Assembly (NCBI GenBank): GCA_016208765.1
Contig: JACQXK010000004.1
Span: forward strand, 20,243-84,242
Direction of reading: 5' to 3'
Length of the DNA stretch: 64,000 nt
Source: Candidatus Omnitrophota bacterium
Lineage (GTDB): Bacteria; Omnitrophota; Gorgyraeia; Gygaellales; Profunditerraquicolaceae
Both the position numbers and the translations under genes were made by a program. Shown here piece by piece: positions 42,201 through 52,980 of the stretch. The first letter of the stretch is position 1. Each line of letters starts with the position of its first letter. The notes beneath the pieces are model-generated. The model searched no databases. It was not told the DNA's origin and saw only the letters and a program-made list of their open reading frames with translations.

Positions 42201-44777
42201 GATACCACGTTCTTCTTCGGAAAGATTAAGCTCTGAAATATTTTTCTCTGCTAAAGGCTTTCCATCAAACATTTTATTTATCAGATTATTAGCAATTGTA
42301 ATTCCCTTTTCATCGCCATAATTAAATCTTGCCCAAATACGGATCATCATCCTTAAAACCATCTGAAAGTTAACCATGGTTTCATCGGTTTGGCCGGATT
42401 TTGAGCTAACTTTCCACAACAGTTTTGTCCGGGGATTTTTTCTTAAGGAAACTAACAGTTCCTCCTCCATAGCATTAAAATCTGTCCCCAATGAATCAGC
42501 CACTATCAGCCTTCTATTGCTGTGTTTGACGACATAACCTGCTTCAGGCAGGGCACAAGTAGTTTGGCCACCGATACCAATACCAACTATAATTACATCG
42601 CCTTTATAATTCTGGTAATCATCACCAAAATGCTTTTTGGCAAATTTATAAATAACATTAAGCGCATCTCGCATTGGCTGGCCAAAACGCGGCGCGCCCT
42701 TATAATGATTATCTTCTCCAAATGCCAGATAACCAAAACCCTCGGGATCAGATGTTAAACCTACCTGATATAATAAATTAGTAAGCGGCCTCACTGCTTC
42801 CACAGAACGCACGGCGGAGCTGGCGAGGAACTTCCTATGCCCTAATAGATCATCCTCTGGCCCGGAGAGATTCAATTTAGCGGATTTTCCCGCGGCTGTT
42901 TCCAGAGAACAACCAAGGTTTGTTATTAAACAATCCTTACTTACCATGGCAATGCCATTTTTCTCTGCCCAATCAAGCACCAGGCCACCAACACATGCTT
43001 TCTTAACTTTGGCCTGGTCCATAGAACCAGTGGAAGCAGGAGCCTCATAAGAACAAACAAAAGTAGGATCATTAGAAGATGCCCTAAACACGAATCTGCC
43101 GGCAAACTCTCCGCTCGTAGATTCAAAAACAATATCAGCAAATCTATATAGCCCTCCGTCTTCAGGATCATCCTGATAGGTATTAAACTCCTTAACCCTT
43201 AAGTCTCCGGCTGCTGTTTTATAAACTTTCCCTACTACAAATTCCTTACTCAAAGCTTTAATACTTGAATCTTTACCCAAGGCAATTATTGCCTGAGGCG
43301 GATTTTTAGTATCTTTGGAATCATATTTCCATCCTGTATTATTCCGCGGATCAAGCGATAACTTTGCCAAAAGATCAGGATGGAATGGCGGTTGAAACCT
43401 TGGTGATTGGACATAAGGAACGCTGTTCTTAACATAAACGGACAGGAAAGGATTCGCAGATTTTGGAGCATCTCCTTCGTAATTCTGCTGCTTTACCAAA
43501 ACAGAGAATAAAACCGCTATTGCCACGGGATTTTCAACTTCACCAGTAACATCAAGCCAGGAGTGGCCTGAACGCTCCCCATACACCGGGATTACCCAAC
43601 CCGCCTTAAGTTTCTCCTGCCTTTCCTTCTTTAAGAGAACATAGCCTGCGTCAGTTTGTAACGGAACTACGCCAGATCTGTTTGCGACATCATTAACCCC
43701 AAAGGTCCCTAACACGTCCCGGATCACACCAATCTTTTTTCCGGTTACTGCAGGGTCATAACCCAGATCTTTTATTAAATACGGTAACAGCACCCCAAGC
43801 ATATTATCCGGGGAGATAGAAACAAACCTGATACCAGGCATAGTTACCGGCCTATGTGGCACAATAATAGCGCCTCTGTCACCATCAAGGTCAAAGGCGA
43901 TCCCCATATCGGCATTATCGGCTTCAATGCTCTTTTTTAACTGCTCAAGGTTTTTTTCTATAGACGGGTCTGCGTTATGCTCACCTTTAATTTCCCGGAC
44001 ATCGCCGTTTATCAGGATCACTTGTGCGCCTAAATTCCTGAAGGTATCGGCAGCTAACTTACCGCTGGGAGTGTGCGAACCTTCAACCACTATCTTCATG
44101 CCTTTTAAAGGCCGAGTTTGACCAAGTTGACCTTCCCAACGGTCCAGAACATTAACAGGATTATCTGAATCCTGGATCTGCCTTGCTAAGTCAAATAAAG
44201 AACGTTTCGCAAACGCAGCCCTTCCTAACAGGATGTTAAATTTTACACAGTTTCTATCTACATTCGTTATAGAAAATGTCCCGCGCGTAGCCGAAAGCGG
44301 AAGAGACTGTCTCTTTTCGGTCATTTCCATAAGATTCTCAACTATTTGCTTTGATTCTTTCTTTATTTCTCTTGTGCTCATACTCTGCAAAGTGCCGCCT
44401 TTTTCAACAAGCATCGCTACTTTAAACCCAACTACAATTTCCTCAATAGGCCGGGAAACATGGCTTGCAGTAATAAATATACTCATCAAAGGTTTAATCT
44501 CCTGCACCGCCCAGGAATACGAGGTAACAGCATTAGGCCCGTCTTCAAAAGTGCTAATGACATTCAATCCCCTATCTCTTAAGGATTCTATTAAGGCGTC
44601 AATTATTCCGGGATCAACTTGCCTGGCGTCTTTGGCAACAACAACTGTACGGTTTTCTATACCGGCTGCTTTTGCTTTTCTTAATGCCATTTCCGACCAA
44701 GCCAACCCAAGCAAACCTACAAATTTAGGATCCAAAGGTTCTTTGCCGGTATACCTATAATCATAATCCCTAAACAT
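39249..44777 (-). CDS. Modular protein: phosphoglucomutase/phosphomannomutase + glucose-6-phosphate isomerase + unknown helical domain + GGIDF tail; probably the 3' part of one frameshifted gene
   Basis: PMM: FRDYDYR, TASH, FDLDGDR, GERSGH, RAS. PGI: GIGG, SSKSG.T.ET, GGRF, QL..ESTGK, PFRQPDVE.AK. ASSA(V/A) linkers separate the domains. Confidence 0.85.
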   Translation of the reverse strand: MFRDYDYRYTGKEPLDPKFVGLLGLAWSEMALRKAKAAGIENRTVVVAKDARQVDPGIIDALIESLRDRGLNVISTFEDGPNAVTSYSWAVQEIKPLMSIFITASHVSRPIEEIVVGFKVAMLVEKGGTLQSMSTREIKKESKQIVENLMEMTEKRQSLPLSATRGTFSITNVDRNCVKFNILLGRAAFAKRSLFDLARQIQDSDNPVNVLDRWEGQLGQTRPLKGMKIVVEGSHTPSGKLAADTFRNLGAQVILINGDVREIKGEHNADPSIEKNLEQLKKSIEADNADMGIAFDLDGDRGAIIVPHRPVTMPGIRFVSISPDNMLGVLLPYLIKDLGYDPAVTGKKIGVIRDVLGTFGVNDVANRSGVVPLQTDAGYVLLKKERQEKLKAGWVIPVYGERSGHSWLDVTGEVENPVAIAVLFSVLVKQQNYEGDAPKSANPFLSVYVKNSVPYVQSPRFQPPFHPDLLAKLSLDPRNNTGWKYDSKDTKNPPQAIIALGKDSSIKALSKEFVVGKVYKTAAGDLRVKEFNTYQDDPEDGGLYRFADIVFESTSGEFAGRFVFRASSNDPTFVCSYEAPASTGSMDQAKVKKACVGGLVLDWAEKNGIAMVSKDCLITNLGCSLETAAGKSAKLNLSGPEDDLLGHRKFLASSAVRSVEAVRPLTNLLYQVGLTSDPEGFGYLAFGEDNHYKGAPRFGQPMRDALNVIYKFAKKHFGDDYQNYKGDVIIVGIGIGGQTTCALPEAGYVVKHSNRRLIVADSLGTDFNAMEEELLVSLRKNPRTKLLWKVSSKSGQTDETMVNFQMVLRMMIRIWARFNYGDEKGITIANNLINKMFDGKPLAEKNISELNLSEEERGILKTVFSNMIMTTGKYDQEQKKGSRLDQFRKGFLKQLFDGNENEVASILMLDNLGGRFQGVSPASLTYAVLLGMDAEEILAGAREEAQEQRAGTSESAKFAEELYRRDIHHFVITAPNGLVFSRPTELLEQLIPESTGKGRKMGMPQGLQTYNFDSAHVKRAFSNIPGIGRKAYFVIDLEGQEPIDVGAGPNDLVIRYKMKSISERELGKYVQFVENLTVRYGMLTTAEVLREKQKADKSLQEVDLSNPANIVKIMQGPKQGDAQFEALKKLHEIFNDITPFRQPDVEGAKALVREGRGFNAFNRKGNKDVNGLPVRDEAQREHTYVENEMLVADGALLRANGLRNGDGFVSGDTTRSLLNDLTRLLKEPSTPVDVSTVRLEHIHRFLKQLEQMGQSEPLGVPLNEFSQMEDKEKQMKRLLDLILQSSAQVRLSQTEEQTARQLAALRLKAANSGKTFNVVLYEDRNSLTEIFKKYLAFLGFDRFGFCPGEQHKSRQLTAGGVDLSFEVIMTSVKDLNKVKETEILIKSDGNVPVYLHGLYPSEVDGIYAMAYADRFSEVNTESVTMFVPDATEIKNLARLMVVFARSKQIYEQQYASSAAEAGEDVVSSLLEVDDEKTFQSPDGILKLSIILVQTLNNPDTKYWNQEQRAEFAKLYLVPLVHRFFVDFGRSPTPGEVEKYYQRVKKYYETPGVFKDGIDKFAQQQSREFADEMIQAVPTILDRHMMNKESWLYRDSIIRIFEQWLSRLVKMPSQDEQVTNRDVVILIKAAIQFGRHFPDNLDSFLEDGLLSALVFQLGKDRGVNFGGVNMESKLRWLISTQFFPCIREIKYNIKNEGKHPDARAFTEPMSELCDFLQAYLRDTASSAVEAKNSSVGGIDFRAINIIAQPMGNFAKLNLQLPQADRNMDIDDELRQINKMLEAGIRPNSQRFAMVASSCIQRKELSRHVQDLALAVVKTYKLDEANSVESDEDLMKVSLIIDSI

Positions 44778-46087
44778 ATCCCCGACCTGTCCTGAAACAG
44801 CAGAGGAGGCTGCTTCATCAGTACCACAGAAAATGTATTTATCGTAGTTATTCCATTATTTGCTATTACAGAACTTCCAGAACCCTGGATTAATACAGGG
44901 TCACTGCCTATTTGCGCTGGAGTTCCAGTTAAGAGTTCTGTGCCGGGTGTGTGTAATAAAATATTTGTAATTCCTGAACTTGCCCGCCCAACCCCGGAAA
45001 CCGGGCTTGAGCCAAACTGGATTCCACCACTAAAATAGCTTCTAATGACTTGGCCGGAAAGAGTATTTACCGGAACCTTCAAATTATATTCCCCGTCTTT
45101 AAATGACTTCTGGTAATCTTTAAAATAAGTGTTTTTTGACCAAACCTGGGCTGAGGTTAAACCTCGCAAATCAGACTTATTAATAAGGTAAGAGTACGTG
45201 CCGGATTTACCAGTAAAATTTGATTTAAACCAACGCGCCAAAACCAAAGAATAAAACACCTGCCTAAGGTTGGCGTACTTCCTGGAGGTATTCACCATTT
45301 TTGTCAGCTTAGGCAGGATAGATTGTTTGATAAGCTCGGTGGAGTATTTATTGAGTTCTTTTAACCTTGGGTCAGTAAAGGAATAATTTGTTGAACCTGG
45401 GACAGTCCCCTTCGGGGACAGTCCCTTCAAGTAATCGTCCTCCAACATCACCTTCATTGTCGCCTTATAAATATAGACGCTGTCATTGCTCTGACGGATA
45501 ATAACTTCATTCGGAGTGATCCAGGGGCGGGTTAAAGTGGGGATGGTAATTTGCTCTGACCCTAAATGCTCTTCTGCTTTCTTGTAAAGTTTATCCCAAT
45601 AGGCTTTGCCTTCCGGAGTTTCAGGGGAAGTTAATCTTGCAGTATCTTTCTTTAACTCAAGGTCAGTCTCAAGGAAGATCTTTCCTATATCAGTCTTTGC
45701 CAAATCATCGTCAATAATATTATCTGCGGCATCCGGGCGAAGATTTACCCAAAATTTGTCATCCGGTAAGGTTAAACCAACAAGAAAATAGCGCAAGAGC
45801 TCCTGGGTTGCACTAGTTTTAGAGATTGCTTCACCACCTGCGGTGGTTCGCAATGACGAACCTTCGCTTCCTTTGTCTAAAAGAACCTTGAATTCATTGC
45901 TAAGGCTATTATAGGAAAAGTAGCGTAGGTGCGCTGGGCAGAATTTGTCTGTGGAAAAAGATTGCTGCATCCCTTTAAAATACCCCGCCATATTAAGCTG
46001 AGCTGCAATTTGGGCAAAACCAGCCTGTTGAAAAATAAGTGAAATTGAGAGAATTATGGCGGCGATTCGGTTAAGTTTCTTAGACAT
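44717..46087 (-). CDS. Signal peptide plus conserved-looking N-terminal domain; probably the 5' part of the same frameshifted gene
   Basis: Signal peptide ending AGFA; HLRY, FWVNL, LETDLELKK, RPWI.P, LRQV..SL.LA.WFK, YFSGGIQF. Overlaps the next ORF out of frame. Confidence 0.8.
   Translation of the reverse strand: MSKKLNRIAAIILSISLIFQQAGFAQIAAQLNMAGYFKGMQQSFSTDKFCPAHLRYFSYNSLSNEFKVLLDKGSEGSSLRTTAGGEAISKTSATQELLRYFLVGLTLPDDKFWVNLRPDAADNIIDDDLAKTDIGKIFLETDLELKKDTARLTSPETPEGKAYWDKLYKKAEEHLGSEQITIPTLTRPWITPNEVIIRQSNDSVYIYKATMKVMLEDDYLKGLSPKGTVPGSTNYSFTDPRLKELNKYSTELIKQSILPKLTKMVNTSRKYANLRQVFYSLVLARWFKSNFTGKSGTYSYLINKSDLRGLTSAQVWSKNTYFKDYQKSFKDGEYNLKVPVNTLSGQVIRSYFSGGIQFGSSPVSGVGRASSGITNILLHTPGTELLTGTPAQIGSDPVLIQGSGSSVIANNGITTINTFSVVLMKQPPLLFQDRSGICLGIMIIGIPAKNLWILNL
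45399..45425. repeat. GGGAC(A/T)GTCCC palindrome doublet inserted in frame
   Basis: GGGACAGTCCCCTTCGGGGACAGTCCC (27 bp) lies within the KGLSPKGTVP segment. Confidence 0.65.
45822..45857. repeat. GAGATTGCTTC...TCGCAATGAC REP-like palindrome inserted in frame
   Basis: GAGATTGCTTC-ACCACCTGCGGTGGT-TCGCAATGAC (36 bp) lies within the SSLRTTAGGEAIS segment. Confidence 0.7.
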
Positions 46088-46169
46088 TTTAAAGCCTCCT
46101 TTAAATTCAAAGATTTTTTATCATATTCCTTTTACTCACTTCGCTTGTTGCGTAAATTGTGCGCTCAAT

Positions 46170-46316
46170 AAAAATAAAAAACCGGACTGACCTTTTTTTG
46201 TCAATCCGGTTTAAATTTACTCGTGCCAGGTTTGGTTACCTCCAATAACCAAACCATCGGAAAACCTAATTTTAATACATCTTGTATAAACTTAACACAA
46301 ATTTCTTTCTTGTCAA
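46170..46316 (-). promoter_or_regulatory. Promoter, structured leader and terminator upstream of the modular gene
   Basis: TTGACA-16-TAAGTT (46289-46316); hairpin GGTTTGGTTA/TAACCAAACC (46229-46255); terminator ACCGGATTGAC/GTCAGTCCGGT plus a T tract (46170-46212). Confidence 0.65.
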
Positions 46317-46340
46317 GAGTTTTTTAAAGTCTTTTTATTC

Positions 46341-46604
46341 CTAATCACTCACTTTTTCCAGAAGCAAAACTACCTGATTATTAAACACTTGCAGAAACCC
46401 ATTTCCCATTGATAAAAATAAGCTCTTGTTATTACTGCTGTCTTTTAAAACAATCTTCCCTTTAACCAAATTACTGATAATCGGGGCATGATTTGCTAAA
46501 ATCTCCAAATAGCCGATTTCACCGGGTGCCACCACAGAAGAAACCTGGCCGCTAAAAACTGTTCTTTCCGGAGTAATAATCTTAACCTGAAAAGGCTTGT
46601 CCAT
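46341..46604 (-). CDS. atpC: F1 epsilon subunit (N-terminal beta domain only)
   Basis: IITPE, APGEIG.L.IL.NHAP, GFLQV; 87 aa. Confidence 0.93.
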   Translation of the reverse strand: MDKPFQVKIITPERTVFSGQVSSVVAPGEIGYLEILANHAPIISNLVKGKIVLKDSSNNKSLFLSMGNGFLQVFNNQVVLLLEKVSD

Positions 46605-46616
46605 AATTTTAAGGCC

Positions 46617-48876
<2,260 letters not shown>

Positions 48877-48880
<4 letters not shown>

Positions 48881-50406
48881 TTCTTTGGGCCTTTCAAAAA
48901 TTCTTCTTTGAACAAAACTATAGCGGCATTTAAACGTTTTATCAGTTGATCGCTTAATTCTTTTTTATTTTCAATCTCCTGTACAATTTCAAGATGATTA
49001 TCATCCATAAATTTATAAAGGCCGGTTTCAAATCTTTTTATTTCAGCAGTAGGCAGATCATCTAAAATGCCGCGGGTAGCAGCATAAATAATCATTACCT
49101 GCCTTGAAACAGACAAAGGCTGATACTGGCCCTGTTTTAAAATCTCCGCCATTTTCTCGCCGCGGGAAAGCTGGGCCTGAGTCGTCTTATCAAGTTCTGT
49201 GCCAAACTGGGTAAAGGTTACAAGCTCCCTGTACTGCGCCAAATCAAGGCGCAATTTTGAAGCCACCTGGCGCATCGCCTTTACCTGCGCCTTGCCTCCG
49301 ACGCGCGAAACTGATAAGCCCACATTAATCGCAGGGCGCACACCTGCATAAAATAAATCAGCCTCCAGATAAATCTGCCCGTCGGTAATAGAGATCACAT
49401 TTGTCGGAACATAACTTGTAATATCCCCTGCCTGAGTTTCAATTATCGGAATAGCTGTAATTGAGCCGCCACCTAAATCATCGCTTAATTTTGCCGATCT
49501 TTCCAGAAGGCGCGAATGCAGATAGAAAATGTCTCCCGGATAAGCTTCTCTTCCCGGCGGCCTTCTTAAAAGCAAAGACAACTGCCTGTACGCCTGGGCG
49601 TGTTTTGACAAATCATCGTAGATAATTAAAACATCTTCCCCTTGATACATTAATTCTTCTGCCATAGCGCAACCGGAATAAGGCGCGAGGTACTGAAGAG
49701 ATGCGGAAGCCCGGCTTGAAGCGCTGACAATTGTGGTATATTCCATTGCCCCATATTTTTCTAAAGTCTCATGCACAGCCACAACACTTGAAAGTTTCCC
49801 TCCGATGGCAACATAAATACAATAAACATTCTTGCCTTTTTGATTAATGATCATATCCATGGCAATAGCGGTTTTTCCGGTCTGGCGGTCAGCAATAATA
49901 AGTTCTCTTTGCCCCCGGCCAATAGGAGTCATCGCATCAATTGCTTTAATTCCGGTTTCTAAAGGCTCACTTACCGGCTGACGCTCCACTACATTAGGCG
50001 CCTTTGCTTCTATGGGTCGGAATTTATCTGTATGGATCGGCTCTTTGCCGTCTATGGGTTTACCAAGGGCATTAACTACCCTGCCAAGAAGTTGCTTTCC
50101 CACCGGGACCTGGACAATCTTACCGGTCCTTCTTACGACATCGCCTTCTTTAATATCTTTATCGGGATTATCAGTACCGAAGATTACCACTCCGACGCTG
50201 TCCTCCTCAAGATTAAAAACCATACCCATGATCTTCTCGGAAAACTGTACAAGCTCTCCTGCCATAACATCATCTAATCCATAAACCCTGGCAATGGTAT
50301 CTCCTACCTGAATAACCGTTCCCACAGATTCCATGCGCAGGCGCGTTTTATACTGTTCCAGTTCTTTCTTAATAATTGAGGTTACTTCTTCCGGTTTTAA
50401 TGCCAT
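48877..50406 (-). CDS. atpA: F1 alpha subunit
   Basis: [25 protein letters not shown]. Confidence 0.99.
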
Positions 50407-50407
50407 A

Positions 50408-50965
50408 TTACACCCTCACTGTCATTAGTTTCTCTTTAAGGTCTACTAATCTTCTTTTTACTGAACCGTCAATCACTGTGTTTCCGATAATCACCTGCAA
50501 CCCTCCCAAGAGACTTCCGTCTAAATCTATATAAAATTTAAATTTCCTGTTAAAATGCCTCTCAAGCGTATCTTCTATTTTCTTGATTGTTTCCAGCTCT
50601 AACGGAAAACTGATTTTTAATAAAACATCTTCTTCCCCTGCATGGGAAAAAGTAACCCTGATATATTCTGTAATATCAAGAAGCTTGTCAATGCGTTCCT
50701 TTTCAAGCAATAATTTCAGGAAATTTTTTGTCTCTTGAGAAAAATCCGCGCCCAAAACTTTCTCCACAAGGCTAAACTTTTCCCCAAGCCCCAGCACCAT
50801 GCCGCACAAGAGCCTGAAAAACTCAGGATTATCCCTGATAATGCTCTTTAGGTTTTTAAAATCTTCCACGGCCTTCTCCAGGCCTATGTTTTCTTTTGCA
50901 TACCCGATAAAGGCATCGGCATATCTTTTTACCACTATTTCATCTTTAATCTCACTGTACTTCAT
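50408..50965 (-). CDS. atpH: F1 delta subunit
   Basis: KRYADA, LLGG..V.IG..VIDGSV; operon position. Confidence 0.92.
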   Translation of the reverse strand: MKYSEIKDEIVVKRYADAFIGYAKENIGLEKAVEDFKNLKSIIRDNPEFFRLLCGMVLGLGEKFSLVEKVLGADFSQETKNFLKLLLEKERIDKLLDITEYIRVTFSHAGEEDVLLKISFPLELETIKKIEDTLERHFNRKFKFYIDLDGSLLGGLQVIIGNTVIDGSVKRRLVDLKEKLMTVRV

Positions 50966-51449
50966 CTAACCTTTCCAAGAAATCATTAACCAGCTTTTTG
51001 TCTGTCTCTTCTGTAAGCTTCTCCCTGAAAACCATTGAAGTCGCCTCAATGGTTAAATCAACAATCTCTTCTTTTAACTGCTCCTTGGCAAGAGAAAGCT
51101 CATGGCGGATGCTTGCCTTTGCATTATTAATAATATCCTGCGCCTCTTCATAAGCTTTTTTTCTTATCTGGTCATCAATCTTTCTTCCCTCTGAAATAGC
51201 CTCCTGAATCCTCTTGTGCGCTTCAGCTTCAATATTATTTAACTTTGCCTGATAATCCGCAGCAAGCTGCAAAGCTTCGGCCTTAAGCTTATCAGCATCT
51301 TTAATTTCCTGAGAAATTTTCCCTCTGCGCGCATCCAAAAAAGAGAGCGCCTTCCTCCAGAAAAATTTGCGCAAGATAAAAAACAGGATCAGGAAACTGA
51401 TTATCTGCGCGATTACCTCATTTGTGCTGATAAATTTCAGTAATTCCAT
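50952..51449 (-). CDS. atpF: Fo b subunit
   Basis: QIISFLIL TM segment plus coiled coil; operon position. Confidence 0.92.
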   Translation of the reverse strand: MELLKFISTNEVIAQIISFLILFFILRKFFWRKALSFLDARRGKISQEIKDADKLKAEALQLAADYQAKLNNIEAEAHKRIQEAISEGRKIDDQIRKKAYEEAQDIINNAKASIRHELSLAKEQLKEEIVDLTIEATSMVFREKLTEETDKKLVNDFLERLDEVQ

Positions 51450-51469
51450 AACTCAAACCTTTCCACCTG

Positions 51470-51703
51470 TTATTGCAGTTTTCCCGAAAACATAAAAACT
51501 ACAACCAAGGCATATATGGTCAATGCTTCAATAAAAGCACAACCAACTGCCATGGTAATCAGGATCTTTCCCGAAGCTTCAGGTTGCCTGCCGGTAGCTT
51601 CCATTGCGGCGGCCACAGCCTTTCCCAATCCTATCCCCGAACCTAACGCAGCAATTCCCACTCCTATGGGAAGTGCAAATGCCAATGCTGTTCTTAAATC
51701 CAT
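51470..51703 (-). CDS. atpE: Fo c subunit (H+-type signature)
   Basis: GxGxG, RQPE loop, EALTIY. Confidence 0.97.
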   Translation of the reverse strand: MDLRTALAFALPIGVGIAALGSGIGLGKAVAAAMEATGRQPEASGKILITMAVGCAFIEALTIYALVVVFMFSGKLQ

Positions 51704-51732
51704 AGTTTCCTCCTTGTTTAAGAATTACTTAA

Positions 51733-51840
51733 CCGGACTAAATGGGGGAGAATAGCGTCATGCCCGCAAATGCAGGCATCCAGGCGTTCCCATGGCTGGA
51801 TTCCCGCTTACGCGGGAATGACAATTTCTCCCATTGACTA
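51733..51840. repeat. Repeat family C, copy 2, between atpB and atpE
   Basis: GTCATGCCCGCAAATGCAGGCATCCAGGCGTTCCCATGGCTGGATTCCCGCTTACGCGGGAATGAC with imperfect outer inverted repeats. Confidence 0.85.
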
Positions 51841-51853
51841 ACACATTACAGAA

Positions 51854-52603
51854 TTACTCCTCGTGTTTTAAAAATAAAGCAAAATATATTGTGCTTAACA
51901 AACTAAAAACAACTGCCTGCACTACTGCGGATATAATAACTATACAACTGGAAAATAGCAACAACCCCACTCCCTTTATGCCAAAACCGGCAATAGCCGC
52001 GAGCAGCATGTCGTCGGCAAAAATATTGCTTCTTAAACGAAGTGACAAACTAATCGGTTTGATTAATTCAGAAATAATATGAATAAAGAGCATAAACACA
52101 GGGAGAATTATTGTAAAAGCCAGTGCCCCCCGCGGTTTTCCCATAAGATGGTCAAAATAACCAAATAAACCTAATTCGCGGATTGCCAGATAATGTACGT
52201 AAATAAATACACAAAGAGCCAGGCCAAAGGTTGTAGACAAATTTGAAGTCGCTGATTTCATGAATGGGATCAGTCCAAAGAAATTCATGAAAAGTATGTA
52301 AATAAAAAGTGTTCCTATAAAAGGGGTCAGGCTTCTTCCTTTGGGCCCCAAGATACCGCAGACAAAATCATCTAATGACGCGGCGAGGAACTCCGCAGCT
52401 GCCTGCAGCCTGCCGGGTGTAATCTTTGGCCTGCGAAATGAGAAATAAGCAACAATAGAAAGAACGAAAACAATTATTAAAGAAAAAATTACTGTTTCCC
52501 ACCTGTGGAGAAACTTCCCCAACGCCGAGGACTCTCCTATGTGATTTACGATAATTTCAATAAAATTAGGAAATTCTAATTGCCTGGAGCTCTCTTTAAC
52601 CAT
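51854..52603 (-). CDS. atpB: Fo a subunit
   Basis: RLQ..AE, N..GLIP, KPISLSLRLRSN, QAVVF.LL..IY. Start at MVKES is tentative. Confidence 0.95.
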   Translation of the reverse strand: MVKESSRQLEFPNFIEIIVNHIGESSALGKFLHRWETVIFSLIIVFVLSIVAYFSFRRPKITPGRLQAAAEFLAASLDDFVCGILGPKGRSLTPFIGTLFIYILFMNFFGLIPFMKSATSNLSTTFGLALCVFIYVHYLAIRELGLFGYFDHLMGKPRGALAFTIILPVFMLFIHIISELIKPISLSLRLRSNIFADDMLLAAIAGFGIKGVGLLLFSSCIVIISAVVQAVVFSLLSTIYFALFLKHEE

Positions 52604-52607
52604 TGAC

Positions 52608-52856
52608 TTAAGGGTTATTGCGCCCTGATTTTCCTTCAACGCGCAAAGCAAGCTTTATGATCCTGATCGTTTCCATAAGCGCGGCAGCAAAACCGGCAAT
52701 TATAAAAACGAGCAACACAAATAATGGAAAATGAATTTTTTTTACCAAATAATCCCCGATAAAATATCCCGAAAGCGGCCCGGCAGCCAAAATTAAGGGA
52801 ATATACAAAAGCATCCCTGCGATTTTCACACTTTTATAGAATTCTATTCTTTTCAT
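52608..52856 (-). CDS. AtpZ/AtpI-family membrane protein
   Basis: Two TM segments, GYFIG.YL pattern; first gene of the atp operon. Confidence 0.75.
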   Translation of the reverse strand: MKRIEFYKSVKIAGMLLYIPLILAAGPLSGYFIGDYLVKKIHFPLFVLLVFIIAGFAAALMETIRIIKLALRVEGKSGRNNP

Positions 52857-52873
52857 TCAAACGCTACTAAAGC

Positions 52874-52911
52874 AAAAAGCGCCTTTTGCCAAATACCGAT
52901 CAAAAGACGCC
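52874..52911 (-). terminator. Terminator-like hairpin between the Ehr and atp operons
   Basis: GGCGTCTTTTG...CAAAAGGCGC followed by TTTTT on the minus strand. Confidence 0.6.
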
Positions 52912-52980
52912 TATGTCTTATATTTATCTTCTCCTCTATACAAGTAAAAATACTGCCCCGCGGGTAACCTAAAATTACCC

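Noticed and set aside
46213-46270. ykkC-type riboswitch or sigma54 site in the modular-gene leader
   Set aside because: TAGGTTTTCCG..CTGGCACGAG only loosely recalls ykkC P1 and the conserved 3' P3 is missing. TGGCAC has no TTGC at -12.
51470-51703. Na+-coupled ATP synthase
   Set aside because: The c subunit has EALTIY and lacks the Q...ES(T) Na+ signature.
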